From NCBI GenBank assembly GCA_039798365.1, contig JBDKGD010000041.1, forward strand, positions 1-28,961: a stretch of 28,961 nt of DNA. The letters are read 5' to 3'. The first letter of the stretch is position 1. Each line of letters starts with the position of its first letter. The notes under the pieces were generated by a model. The model saw only the letters and a list, made by a program, of their open reading frames with translations, was not told the origin of the DNA and made no database searches. The translations under genes and the position numbers were made by a program. Shown here one piece after another: positions 1 to 8,817 of this stretch. Origin of the DNA: Candidatus Parcubacteria bacterium. Lineage in GTDB: Bacteria; Patescibacteriota; Minisyncoccia; UBA6257; 2-01-FULL-56-20.

Positions 1-1
1 T

Positions 2-304
2 CGGTGGGCCTATGCGGGAGCGCGATTTGATTTTATGCCTGAGCGATTGGCAAAATATAGAGTAAGAAAATCAAGTCTTTCACGTGTTCCCGCAGGAGAG
101 ATAGGGCAAAAGAAAACAGCATATCTGTTGATTAAAAATACGACAGACAATATGTCAATACAGGAAAAACATGCATTTCGTATAAATAAGATCTTGTGGC
201 AACATAGAATTAAATTGTGGTACGCGTACGTTGAACAATATATACCAATGCTTGGTTTTGCTCGAACAATGAGGCAGAGAATAAAATTAAAGAAATATGT
301 CTGA
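2..304 (+). CDS. Glycosyltransferase family 2, C-terminal fragment (5' end lies outside the window)
   Basis: The frame is open from base 2 (RWAYAGARFDFMPERLAKYRVRKSSLS). This resembles the GT2 segment after the DxxLWLR motif (xxGxRFxxxPExLxxYR). It overlaps the next GT2 start by 8 nt. Confidence 0.6.
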   Translation, partial: RWAYAGARFDFMPERLAKYRVRKSSLSRVPAGEIGQKKTAYLLIKNTTDNMSIQEKHAFRINKILWQHRIKLWYAYVEQYIPMLGFARTMRQRIKLKKYV

Positions 305-1133
305 TAATAAAAGAAACATCAGCGTGTCAATCATTCTTCCCACGTATAACAGGGCGGGTTTATTGCCACGCGCCATAGATAGTGTTATGCGTCAATCATA
401 TAAAGATTGGGAGCTTATTATAGTAGACGATGCATCAACAGATGAGACGCCGGAAATAATAAAAAAATGGGCAGAGACGGATTATCGAATCACGGTGATA
501 ACAAATGTGGTAAATCAATACCCTGATTTGCCAAAGAATTTAAACAAGGGATTGGCGATAGCTAAAGGCAAGTACATTGCTCGATTAGATGACGATGACT
601 ATTGGATAGATTCACAGAAGCTAGAAAAACAGGTTGATTTTTTGGAGAAAAATAAAGAATATGTGATTGTGGGAACGGGAATGATAGTAATAGATGAAAA
701 AGGCGAAGAATTGTATCGATATCTTAAAAATAGAGAAGATGTAGATATCCGAAAGAAAGCATTATTTGCGAATCCTTTTTCGCATACGACGGTTTTATTT
801 CGAGCCGATGCTGCTCGACTCGTGGGAGGATACAGTAATTGGGACTTTGCTGAAGATTGGGATTTGTGGCTTAAGTTAGGAAGAAAAGGGAAATTCTATA
901 ATGTGCCCGAGTATTCAACCGCATATTTATCAGCGGGTCAAAATAATTCATATAAATACCAAAGGAGGCAAGCTCAAACAATACTAAAATTTATTACAGT
1001 TCATCGAAAGGAATATCCATATTTTTATTTTGCCTTCATGTTAAATGTAGGGCAGTTGATTTTTTCATTATTTCCAGAGGGTATACGAAGAAATCTACAC
1101 AATTTTTTATCCAGTATTAAACGGAAAATATAA
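297..1133 (+). CDS. Glycosyltransferase family 2 (GT-A fold)
   Basis: N-terminal SIILPTYNRA, LIIVDDASTD, YIARLDDDDYW (DxD) and AEDWDLWLKL motifs. Confidence 0.93.
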   Translation: MSDNKRNISVSIILPTYNRAGLLPRAIDSVMRQSYKDWELIIVDDASTDETPEIIKKWAETDYRITVITNVVNQYPDLPKNLNKGLAIAKGKYIARLDDDDYWIDSQKLEKQVDFLEKNKEYVIVGTGMIVIDEKGEELYRYLKNREDVDIRKKALFANPFSHTTVLFRADAARLVGGYSNWDFAEDWDLWLKLGRKGKFYNVPEYSTAYLSAGQNNSYKYQRRQAQTILKFITVHRKEYPYFYFAFMLNVGQLIFSLFPEGIRRNLHNFLSSIKRKI

Positions 1134-1148
1134 TAGTTTGACAATCCT

Positions 1149-1177
1149 TTGACACTGCCGACAGCTTCCCATAGCAT
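1149..1177 (+). promoter_or_regulatory. Sigma70-type promoter of the heptose operon
   Basis: TTGACA (1149-1154), 17 nt spacer, TAGCAT (1172-1177). The hddA ATG follows 10 nt later with no SD. Confidence 0.65.
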
Positions 1178-1187
1178 GTAAAGTACA

Positions 1188-2210
1188 ATGATATTATCAC
1201 GTGCCCCAATGCGAATTAGTTTTGTGGGTGGAGGAACCGATCTTCCATCGTTCTATAGGAAGCATCCGGGAAAAGTAATATCCACAGCTATCGATAAATT
1301 TGTATACATTGCAATAAATAGAACGCCACTGGTTAAGAAAGTGTCTGCGCGATACTCTATTTCAGAGACAGTAGATCATCCTGCAAAATTACAAAACACC
1401 CGCATAAAAGCGGCGCTTTATACTATGGGGATTACTCATGGTCTTGAGATTGGATCCTTTGCGCCACTACCAACGAAAACCGGTCTTGGTTCATCATCAA
1501 GTTTTTCTGTGGCGCTCATTAAGGCCCTTCATGCGTATCAGGGAAAAAAAATTGGTACGGCAGAGGTAGCAGAAGCTGCCAGCAGACTCGAGATAGATTT
1601 GGTAGGGGAGCCAATAGGAAAGCAAGATCAGTACGCTGCTGCATTTGGTGGGTTTAATGTTATAACATTTAATCCAGACGATACTGTATCTGTTGAGCCG
1701 GTTCTAATTGATTTTCAAACTAGACTTGGATTAGAAGATCATATGTCGTTATTTTTCACTGGTATTACTCGTGATGCTGCCAGCGTGTTGACGGAACAAA
1801 AAGCAAATACCGATAAAAAATTCGAAACATTAAAAGCAATGGCTTATTCGGTCGATGAGTTTAAAACGCGGCTACTGTCTGCCGATTTTCATGGATTGGG
1901 AGTAATGCTCCAAAATGCGTGGGAGATGAAAAAAACGCTCGCTTCCAATGTTTCGTCTACTGTTATAGATGATTTATATCAAACAGGAATGCAGGCAGGT
2001 GCATGGGGTGGTAAAATTTTAGGAGCAGGCGGCGGCGGATGCATACTCTTTTTATCGCCAATTGAAAAAAAACCAATGATACAAAAAGCGATGATGGAGA
2101 TGGCAAAAGTAAATCATATGGAAGGATTTGTCGAAGTTCCAATAAAGTTAGTCCAATCCGGGTCAGAAATTATTTTTAATGGAGATCAACACTATTCAAA
2201 TTTCTCCTAA
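1188..2210 (+). CDS. hddA: D-glycero-alpha-D-manno-heptose-7-phosphate kinase (GHMP kinase)
   Basis: RAPMRISFVGGGTDLPSFY N-terminus, TGLGSSSSF GHMP ATP loop, GKQDQYAAAFGG and GGKILGAGGGG. Adjacent to gmhA, hddC and gmhB. Confidence 0.9.
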   Translation: MILSRAPMRISFVGGGTDLPSFYRKHPGKVISTAIDKFVYIAINRTPLVKKVSARYSISETVDHPAKLQNTRIKAALYTMGITHGLEIGSFAPLPTKTGLGSSSSFSVALIKALHAYQGKKIGTAEVAEAASRLEIDLVGEPIGKQDQYAAAFGGFNVITFNPDDTVSVEPVLIDFQTRLGLEDHMSLFFTGITRDAASVLTEQKANTDKKFETLKAMAYSVDEFKTRLLSADFHGLGVMLQNAWEMKKTLASNVSSTVIDDLYQTGMQAGAWGGKILGAGGGGCILFLSPIEKKPMIQKAMMEMAKVNHMEGFVEVPIKLVQSGSEIIFNGDQHYSNFS

Positions 2211-2216
2211 ACGGTT

Positions 2217-2822
2217 ATGATAGAAAAATACATACAACAATTCTCAGATAAATCGGTAGAAGCGATACGGGCGTTGCCACAAAAAGAAATTGCGAAAGCA
2301 CTGAATATCTTGCAGGCGACATTTGAACAAGATGGCAGAGTCTACGCGTTTGGTAATGGAGGGTCGTTAGCGCTCGCAACCCACTGGGTGAGTGATTTTA
2401 ATAAAACTGTATTTAGTCATAATCTCGATCAACACGTGAGGCGATTTCAAGCGATTCGAGTACCGACAACCGATGAAGAAATAACTGCATGGGGTAATGA
2501 TGTTGGGTTTGACATGATTTTTGCCGGTCCGCTGCAAAATTATTTACAAGACACAGATTGTGTTATTGCGATTTCGAGTTCAGGAAATTCCACAAATATT
2601 ATAAAAGCAGTGGAGTTGGCAAAATCGCGCCATATTCCCGTTATCGGGGTCTCCGGTTTTGATGGAGGAAAACTTGCGCATCTGGCCGACGCTAAAATTG
2701 TCGTATCAACAGAAAAAGGGGAATATGAATTGGTAGAAGGCGTGCATGATGTGGTGATGCACATGATGACGAAATACTTCAAAAACTATTTTGACGAGTT
2801 GGTAGTTCGAAGCGGGAAATAA
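2217..2822 (+). CDS. gmhA: Sedoheptulose-7-phosphate isomerase (SIS domain)
   Basis: FGNGGS, ISSSGNSTNII, GFDGGKL and VEGVHDVVMH motifs; operon context. Confidence 0.88.
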   Translation: MIEKYIQQFSDKSVEAIRALPQKEIAKALNILQATFEQDGRVYAFGNGGSLALATHWVSDFNKTVFSHNLDQHVRRFQAIRVPTTDEEITAWGNDVGFDMIFAGPLQNYLQDTDCVIAISSSGNSTNIIKAVELAKSRHIPVIGVSGFDGGKLAHLADAKIVVSTEKGEYELVEGVHDVVMHMMTKYFKNYFDELVVRSGK

Positions 2823-2826
2823 ATCA

Positions 2827-3576
2827 ATGACAAAAAAAGAGTACAAGGAATATTCCGTACTTATTTTAGGAGCAGGAATGGGTACGCGACTGCGTCCGAT
2901 AACCAATACTATTCCTAAGGTAATGGTAGAAATTGCCCCAGGCAAGCCATTACTTCAGCACACAATAGAATTATTGCGTGATCAAGGATTTTTAAATTTC
3001 ATTATCAATCTTCACTACTTGCCAGAAAAAATTATTGAGTATTTTGGGAATGGTGAAAAATTTGGAGTCTCCATTACCTATAGTGACGAATCCCAGCAGT
3101 TGATGGATACTGCCGGAGCGATAAAGAAAGTGGAAGGGTTACTCTCTCAAAATTTTTTATTTATGTATGGTGATGAATTACATTTTTTTGACTTCAGACG
3201 ATTAATAGAGGTGCACAAAAAAAATAATGCATTAGCAACGATTGTTTTGAAAAAAACTCAAGACCCAAAAAATGCTGATTTGGCAGACATAGATATGAAT
3301 TCAAATCGCATTAGAAAATGGTATAAGCGTCCACACGAGATACAAGAATTGGAAGAAAATATCTTTGGGAATGCGGGTCTGTATATATTATCAAAAGATA
3401 TCCTAAAAAATATTCCCGTTGCTACGCCAATAAAACTTGATGGCGATGTGCTTCCAGAGATAGTTAAAAAAGCTGATCACGCCATTTTTGGGATAGTTGC
3501 TGAGGAGCCAATTTTAGATATAGGAAATCCTGAAAAATATGAAAAAGCAAAAAAATATTACCAAACAAAAAAATAA
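2827..3576 (+). CDS. hddC: Heptose-1-phosphate guanylyltransferase-like nucleotidyltransferase
   Basis: LILGAGMGTRLRPITNTIPKVM nucleotidyltransferase signature, DTAGAIK, GNAGLY and LDIGNPEKY. The nucleotide specificity is inferred from context. Confidence 0.8.
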   Translation: MTKKEYKEYSVLILGAGMGTRLRPITNTIPKVMVEIAPGKPLLQHTIELLRDQGFLNFIINLHYLPEKIIEYFGNGEKFGVSITYSDESQQLMDTAGAIKKVEGLLSQNFLFMYGDELHFFDFRRLIEVHKKNNALATIVLKKTQDPKNADLADIDMNSNRIRKWYKRPHEIQELEENIFGNAGLYILSKDILKNIPVATPIKLDGDVLPEIVKKADHAIFGIVAEEPILDIGNPEKYEKAKKYYQTKK

Positions 3577-4171
3577 AAAAAGTATCATCGAGAAGGGTGA
3601 AAAAATATCAAAAATACCCGCTGTTTTTCTCGATAGAGACGGTACAATTATCGACAGCCCTCATTTAAATTGGAAAAAATCTCAGTTTAAAATATCAAAG
3701 GGTGTGATTGATCAAATAAAAAAAATAAACACTATCGGTATTCCGGTTATTGTGATAACAAATCAGCCAGTTATTGCTCGGGGATTAATATCCGAAACAG
3801 GCGTTATCGAACTTCACAAAATGCTTGCAAAAAGATTTTATAAAAAGGGAGCTCGAATAGATAGGTTCTATTTTTGCCCACATCATCCTCATGCCAATGT
3901 TGAAAAATATATAATCATCTGTCGATGCAGAAAACCAAAAACCGGATTGTTTCAGCAAGCTTGTAAAGAATTTAATATAGATTTAGAAAAAAGTTTCGTC
4001 ATAGGTGATATGACCCAAGATATTTTTGCTGGTAAAAAAATAAAAGCAACGACTATATTGGTAAAACAGGGCTATGGGGGGAATGATGGAAAGTTTTCAG
4101 TAGAGCCGGATAAAATAGTTGGCACCACAGCAGATGCATTGAGGATGATAATAAAAAACCTTGCGCCATAA
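3539..4171 (+). CDS. gmhB: D,D-heptose-1,7-bisphosphate phosphatase (HAD IIIA)
   Basis: AVFLDRDGTI (DxD), VITNQPVIARG, the CPHHPH...CRCRKP Zn site and IGDMTQD. The only in-frame ATG lies inside hddC (38 nt overlap). Confidence 0.9.
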   Translation: MKKQKNITKQKNKKSIIEKGEKISKIPAVFLDRDGTIIDSPHLNWKKSQFKISKGVIDQIKKINTIGIPVIVITNQPVIARGLISETGVIELHKMLAKRFYKKGARIDRFYFCPHHPHANVEKYIIICRCRKPKTGLFQQACKEFNIDLEKSFVIGDMTQDIFAGKKIKATTILVKQGYGGNDGKFSVEPDKIVGTTADALRMIIKNLAP

Positions 4172-4214
4172 TAACGCAAGGTTGGAAAAAATGAAAAATA
4201 AAAGGGGTGCACAA

Positions 4215-4772
4215 TCACTTTCGGGGAACATCAATGTAGGCAATGGCTTGCCGCAAGCATTCTTCAAAAGGAAGCGACGTGTCGAGACGGTAATGAGGGT
4301 GCGCAATATTCTCGAACCGCTCCCTTACTCGTCTGTGATCAGTGATGGATGTAGCGCCGGATGGGGATTGTGATATGTCTCTTTCAGCAACACGCGTCTT
4401 AATTATTTCCTCTTTTTCATCCGGAATCCAGCAAAGGATAATCCGTAGATTAATGAGGGGATGTTGCTCCAACAAAAAATCGATATTCTGGTGTTGATAG
4501 GAAATTTTCGAAAGCGTGCATTCAAAAATAACCGAATCTCCCAGCCCAAGTAATGCATCTGTGGTGGCGCGCATAGCCGCATATGCTCGATGCACCTGAG
4601 CCATATCGCCAACAGGATCTTCCGCATAACTTACGGAACGACCATAGAGCAGTGGTCGAAACCGATCAACAGCGACGAATGGGTAACGGTAATGATCTCG
4701 CAATGCGTCACCAATGGTTGTTTTTCCAACAAAGGGCGGGCCACAAAGCGCTATTAACGTTTGTTCAGACAT
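4215..4772 (-). CDS. P-loop small-molecule/nucleotide kinase-like protein (AAA_33-like); start reassigned to ATG 4772
   Basis: LCGPPFVGKTT Walker A, VDRFR and GDSVIFECT. GGAGG lies 5 nt upstream of ATG 4772. A candidate TTGACT-N17-TACTTT promoter is at 4853-4825. Confidence 0.7.
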   Translation of the reverse strand: MSEQTLIALCGPPFVGKTTIGDALRDHYRYPFVAVDRFRPLLYGRSVSYAEDPVGDMAQVHRAYAAMRATTDALLGLGDSVIFECTLSKISYQHQNIDFLLEQHPLINLRIILCWIPDEKEEIIKTRVAERDISQSPSGATSITDHRRVRERFENIAHPHYRLDTSLPFEECLRQAIAYIDVPRK

Positions 4773-4856
4773 AAAAACCTCCAGCAGTAAAATATCAATT
4801 TTGTAGATTGAAAGGTACAAAGAAAAAGTACTGAGTTTTTATAAAAAAGTCAAATG

Positions 4857-6320
4857 TTATGAAACGCCTTTTCGTAGAAATCCAAATGCTTCGAAAATTG
4901 TTTTTTCTTTAGATAACAACAATGCCAAAAAATATACGCATGAAGCAATAGCAATAGTCGCAATGACAGGGAATGAAAGATAATTACAGAGCACAATAAC
5001 TCCTCCCATGATACATCCGGCAATAAAAATATTACGCGTTCCTAAAAAGATGTGTTTCCATGCGCCATGCCCTAGAAGATACATCATGAAAAACCAGTTA
5101 AGAGTGAGATTGATAAGAGTAGAAGCAGCAGAGCCAGTAATACCAAAACGGGGAATCAAAAAAAGGTTTAAAATAAAATTACCAAGAAAAGAAAAGATGG
5201 CAGCAAAAAGAAGGGCGCGTTCTCGTTGAGCAGCAAAAAGGGCATTACTCATGGTGATACCAAAAAAGATAGGGATATAGGTCAAGTTAAGGAGAATGAA
5301 GCTCGCGGCGCCCGCATCGTATTTTGTGCCATAAAGAAATTGTAAAATCTGACCAGATAGTAAAGCACCGCCGATAGTGAAGGGAACCGAAAGAAGAGTG
5401 AGAATCAAAAATGACTTTTGTAAAATAAAAGAAAAGCGTTTTGGATCTCCAAATGCCCGAACAAGTTGTGGGAAAAAAGCAGTAGCAATAGGCGCCGGTA
5501 AAATGTAGACAAGTTGAACAATGCGATTAGCGGCGCTGTAAATACCAACATCTTCCAGTGAGCGATACCAACCAATCATAATCATATCGGTGTTAATAAG
5601 GAGTGAGCCTAAAAGACTCATAACGCCCAATGACCAGCTTCGGGCAAGAATTGACCACACCAAAGACAGAGAAAATTTAGCGCGAAAATTTCTAAAATAA
5701 GAGGCAAAGGGTACAAAAGCCAAAACCATACCAACTCCGGTACCAAGAGCATAACCCCATGCCAGAGATTCTTCTGTGGCTGAAATTCTAAGAGCAATAA
5801 AGCCAGCCACAACAATCAAAATATTGGTAGCAATTTGAATAAATGCCTCAATTTCCATCTTCTCAAACCCCCGAGAGAGAGCGGCGCCGAAATCACGCAA
5901 ACTATCAAATCCTACAATTAAAGCCATAAGGGGAAGTAAGGTGAGAATGCGATGTTCGTGAACGAAATAGGGAGCAATAAAAAATACTCCAACAAGTACA
6001 AATAGTAAAAATAGTGATTTAATAACAAGAGCAGTCACAAAGTAAGAATCACGACGATCGCTGTTAGCACCTGATGATTCGCGGGTAATCAGTCCATTAA
6101 TCCCGAAATCAATAAAGATAGTTAACAAGGCAGCGAGACTTAATGTATAGGAAAATGCACCCCACCCAGCTGCTCCTAGGACACGCGCCGCGTAAATAAT
6201 GATGAGTGATTTTATAATACGCGATACAACGCTTCCCCAAAACAACCAAAAAGAATTTTTCAGTATCGTTTGACCAGTCGTTTGGTTTTTAAAAAAGAAT
6301 CGTAAAATATTTTTCCACAT
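4857..6320 (-). CDS. wzx: Wzx/MOP-family oligosaccharide flippase
   Basis: 487 aa, multi-TM. KNSFWLF, ARVLGAAGWGAFSY, DFGINGLITRE, DMIMIGW...VGIYSAANR and LIPRFGITGSA are typical polysaccharide-biosynthesis flippase motifs. Confidence 0.88.
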   Translation of the reverse strand: MWKNILRFFFKNQTTGQTILKNSFWLFWGSVVSRIIKSLIIIYAARVLGAAGWGAFSYTLSLAALLTIFIDFGINGLITRESSGANSDRRDSYFVTALVIKSLFLLFVLVGVFFIAPYFVHEHRILTLLPLMALIVGFDSLRDFGAALSRGFEKMEIEAFIQIATNILIVVAGFIALRISATEESLAWGYALGTGVGMVLAFVPFASYFRNFRAKFSLSLVWSILARSWSLGVMSLLGSLLINTDMIMIGWYRSLEDVGIYSAANRIVQLVYILPAPIATAFFPQLVRAFGDPKRFSFILQKSFLILTLLSVPFTIGGALLSGQILQFLYGTKYDAGAASFILLNLTYIPIFFGITMSNALFAAQRERALLFAAIFSFLGNFILNLFLIPRFGITGSAASTLINLTLNWFFMMYLLGHGAWKHIFLGTRNIFIAGCIMGGVIVLCNYLSFPVIATIAIASCVYFLALLLSKEKTIFEAFGFLRKGVS

Positions 6321-6373
6321 GATAGGTAGGGGAAGAAAAAGAAATAAAGAAGAGATGATTTATTGGTGAGCGA

Positions 6374-7762
6374 CTAGGTGTTGATAAAAAATGATTTTAT
6401 AGTACGAATAATAATGGCAATATCAAACAGAAAAGAGCGGTGTTCAATGTAGTAAAGGTCATACTGTAATTTCGTTTTCACATCCTCGATTGTTTGATCT
6501 TTCTTGAAGTTAATCTGTGCCCAGCCGGTAATGCCCGGACTAACCATGTGTCTCATGTGGTAGAATGGCACCTCGGGAGCTATTTTCTCTATTATTTCAG
6601 GGCGTTCTGGTCGGGGTCCCACAAAGGAAACTTCGCCACGAATGACATTAAAGAGTTGTGGCAGTTCATCAAGATGAGTATATCGCAAGAGCTTTCCTAT
6701 GAAAGTGGCGCGAGGATCGTTAGCGCCAGTTGACCATTGAGCGCCGTTTTTTTCCGCATCTATCCGCATGGTACGGAATTTGTATAATCGAAAAATTTTA
6801 TTATGTCTCCCAACGCGTAATTGACTGTACAACACCGAGCCAGGGGAAGTGATAAAAATAATAATAACTATGAAAAGTTCAATAGGAAAAATAAGAACCT
6901 GAAGCAAGCAAGCAGCAATAAGTTCAACACCGCGCTTGAATTGATCGTAAAGAGTGGGGCTGCTAAACGCAACATCGAAAAACCACGCGGGAGTTACGCT
7001 TGAAAGGGGAATTTGTCGCATTATATGTTCATAAAAAACAATCTCGCTATGGACCTCAACGCCATGTACGACCGCATCGGTTAAGGTCTTGGCCAGAGAT
7101 GCATGAGCAGTCAAGTTTTCAGGGATAACAACCACCGATATTTGATTTTTTAAAAGGAGATTATGGATCTTTTCTGGTTCAATAGGAGTAGTAATATGAG
7201 AATGAAGAGCGTATCCGAGTTGAGGATTATTATGTATAAAATCAGCAAGAGTGAGAGTTGTGGCTGTATCTCCCAAAATAAGAACAGGAAGTTTTGTGGC
7301 GCGATGGGCGACAAAACGATTAAATGCTCGCCGCCAAAATGCTTCTAAGATAAAAAAAGTAGTTGCAAAACCGACAAGAGTGGTTTTGGGAGCAATACCA
7401 AACGAAGAGAATATATAGAAAAACACTACAGCAAAAAATATGTTTACAAGCAAAGCAACAAAGAGATATGAAAAAAAATCAACACTGTTGCGCATGCGAT
7501 GAACATCATAAAGACCTGTAATATAAAAAATTAATAGCCAAAAAGAAAAAATAATAGTGAATGGTAATAAATGAATGGCAATGATATCGTATGGCAAAGC
7601 CCCACCAGATCGTAAGAGGAGAGTGAGAAAAAGACTAAGATATAAGAAGAAAATATCTCCAAAAAATACCGCAAGCACCTTTGTTTTCAGTTGAACATTC
7701 ATGGAAGAAGTATTGACTATATACCAAATAATATATACGATGTGGCGCAATAATTCAATCAT
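6374..7762 (-). CDS. Priming polyprenyl-phosphate sugar-1-phosphate transferase (WbaP/WcaJ-like); start may be ATG 7702
   Basis: Four N-terminal TM segments and a Rossmann-like middle (LILGD). C-terminal bacterial sugar transferase domain: YSQLRVG, YKFRTM, LDELPQLFNVIRGEVSFVGPRPERP, PGITGWAQI, YDLYY. Confidence 0.92.
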   Translation of the reverse strand: MIELLRHIVYIIWYIVNTSSMNVQLKTKVLAVFFGDIFFLYLSLFLTLLLRSGGALPYDIIAIHLLPFTIIFSFWLLIFYITGLYDVHRMRNSVDFFSYLFVALLVNIFFAVVFFYIFSSFGIAPKTTLVGFATTFFILEAFWRRAFNRFVAHRATKLPVLILGDTATTLTLADFIHNNPQLGYALHSHITTPIEPEKIHNLLLKNQISVVVIPENLTAHASLAKTLTDAVVHGVEVHSEIVFYEHIMRQIPLSSVTPAWFFDVAFSSPTLYDQFKRGVELIAACLLQVLIFPIELFIVIIIFITSPGSVLYSQLRVGRHNKIFRLYKFRTMRIDAEKNGAQWSTGANDPRATFIGKLLRYTHLDELPQLFNVIRGEVSFVGPRPERPEIIEKIAPEVPFYHMRHMVSPGITGWAQINFKKDQTIEDVKTKLQYDLYYIEHRSFLFDIAIIIRTIKSFFINT

Positions 7763-7840
7763 GCAAAGAAAGAAAAGAAATTAGAAATATACAAATACGA
7801 AACGCTTTCAAAATAAGAAAAATGGTAGTATGGTGTATGT

Positions 7841-8806
7841 ATGAAAATAATCGTTACTGGTGGAGCAGGTTTTATACCATCTCACGTTATTGATAGGCTA
7901 TTAAAGGACGGACATACCGTTTTATCAATTGATAATTTCACCTTGGGAACAAAAAAGCATTTCAAACAGCACGAAGATAATAAAAAATTTACGTTTGTAA
8001 ACGCCGATATTTCTGATGAAAAAAAGACCGATGAACTATTTGAAAGTTTTAAGCCAGAATGTGTATTTCATCTTGCTGCCAATTCTGATATTGGAGCTGG
8101 ATCGCATGATGCGAGTGTTGATCTAAAAAACACATTTCTTACTACATACGCTGTATTGCAGGCAATGAAAAAGTGGGAAGTAAAAAAACTGGTTTTTGCT
8201 TCAACATCTGCAATGTATGGAGGGATGAAAGGATTGATTTCAGAAGTAAGTGGCCCGCTCATGCCAGAATCAAATTATGGTGCTGCTAAATTAGCGTCCG
8301 AGGCATTCATTTACGCGTTTGCGAATGTGCATAATATACAAACATGGATTTTTAGATTCCCAAATGTCTGTGGTCCCCGAGCAACGCACGGAGTATTTGT
8401 AAATTTTTTACGATTTTTAAAAGCAGACCCAACGCAAATAACGGTTGCGCAAGATGGCAAGCAGGCAAAGCCGTACATATATGTACTTGATTTAGTAGAG
8501 GCAATCATGATGGGTTGGAATAAGGGTATATATCCTATTAATGTTTACAATATTGGTAATAATCCACTCGTCTCAGTAAATGAAATTTTAGCAGCATTAT
8601 TAAAAGAAAAAGGAATCGAAAATATACATATCAACTACACTGGTGCTCCTGCCTGGCCTGGTGATGTAGCAACCTATGAATTTGATGACTCAAAAATAAA
8701 GGCACTTGGATATAATCCTCGGTTTAACTCGAAAGAAGCAGTTGATAAAACTGCACATGACCTTGTTCATGACCCAGAAGCAGGGATCGGAATATATCAA
8801 GACTAA
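7841..8806 (+). CDS. Extended SDR NAD-dependent nucleotide-sugar epimerase/dehydratase
   Basis: TGGAGFIPSH (GxxGxxG with the last Gly replaced by Pro), HLAAN, FASTS, the YGAAK catalytic motif and FRFPNVCGP. Confidence 0.9.
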   Translation: MKIIVTGGAGFIPSHVIDRLLKDGHTVLSIDNFTLGTKKHFKQHEDNKKFTFVNADISDEKKTDELFESFKPECVFHLAANSDIGAGSHDASVDLKNTFLTTYAVLQAMKKWEVKKLVFASTSAMYGGMKGLISEVSGPLMPESNYGAAKLASEAFIYAFANVHNIQTWIFRFPNVCGPRATHGVFVNFLRFLKADPTQITVAQDGKQAKPYIYVLDLVEAIMMGWNKGIYPINVYNIGNNPLVSVNEILAALLKEKGIENIHINYTGAPAWPGDVATYEFDDSKIKALGYNPRFNSKEAVDKTAHDLVHDPEAGIGIYQD

Positions 8807-8817
8807 ACAAGATGAAA

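Noticed and set aside
3597-3668. GTG at 3597 as an alternative gmhB start
   Set aside because: It is out of frame with gmhB and closes after a short peptide.
4161-4373. 70 aa plus-strand ORF after gmhB
   Set aside because: It overlaps the 3' end of the kinase gene in antisense and has no support.
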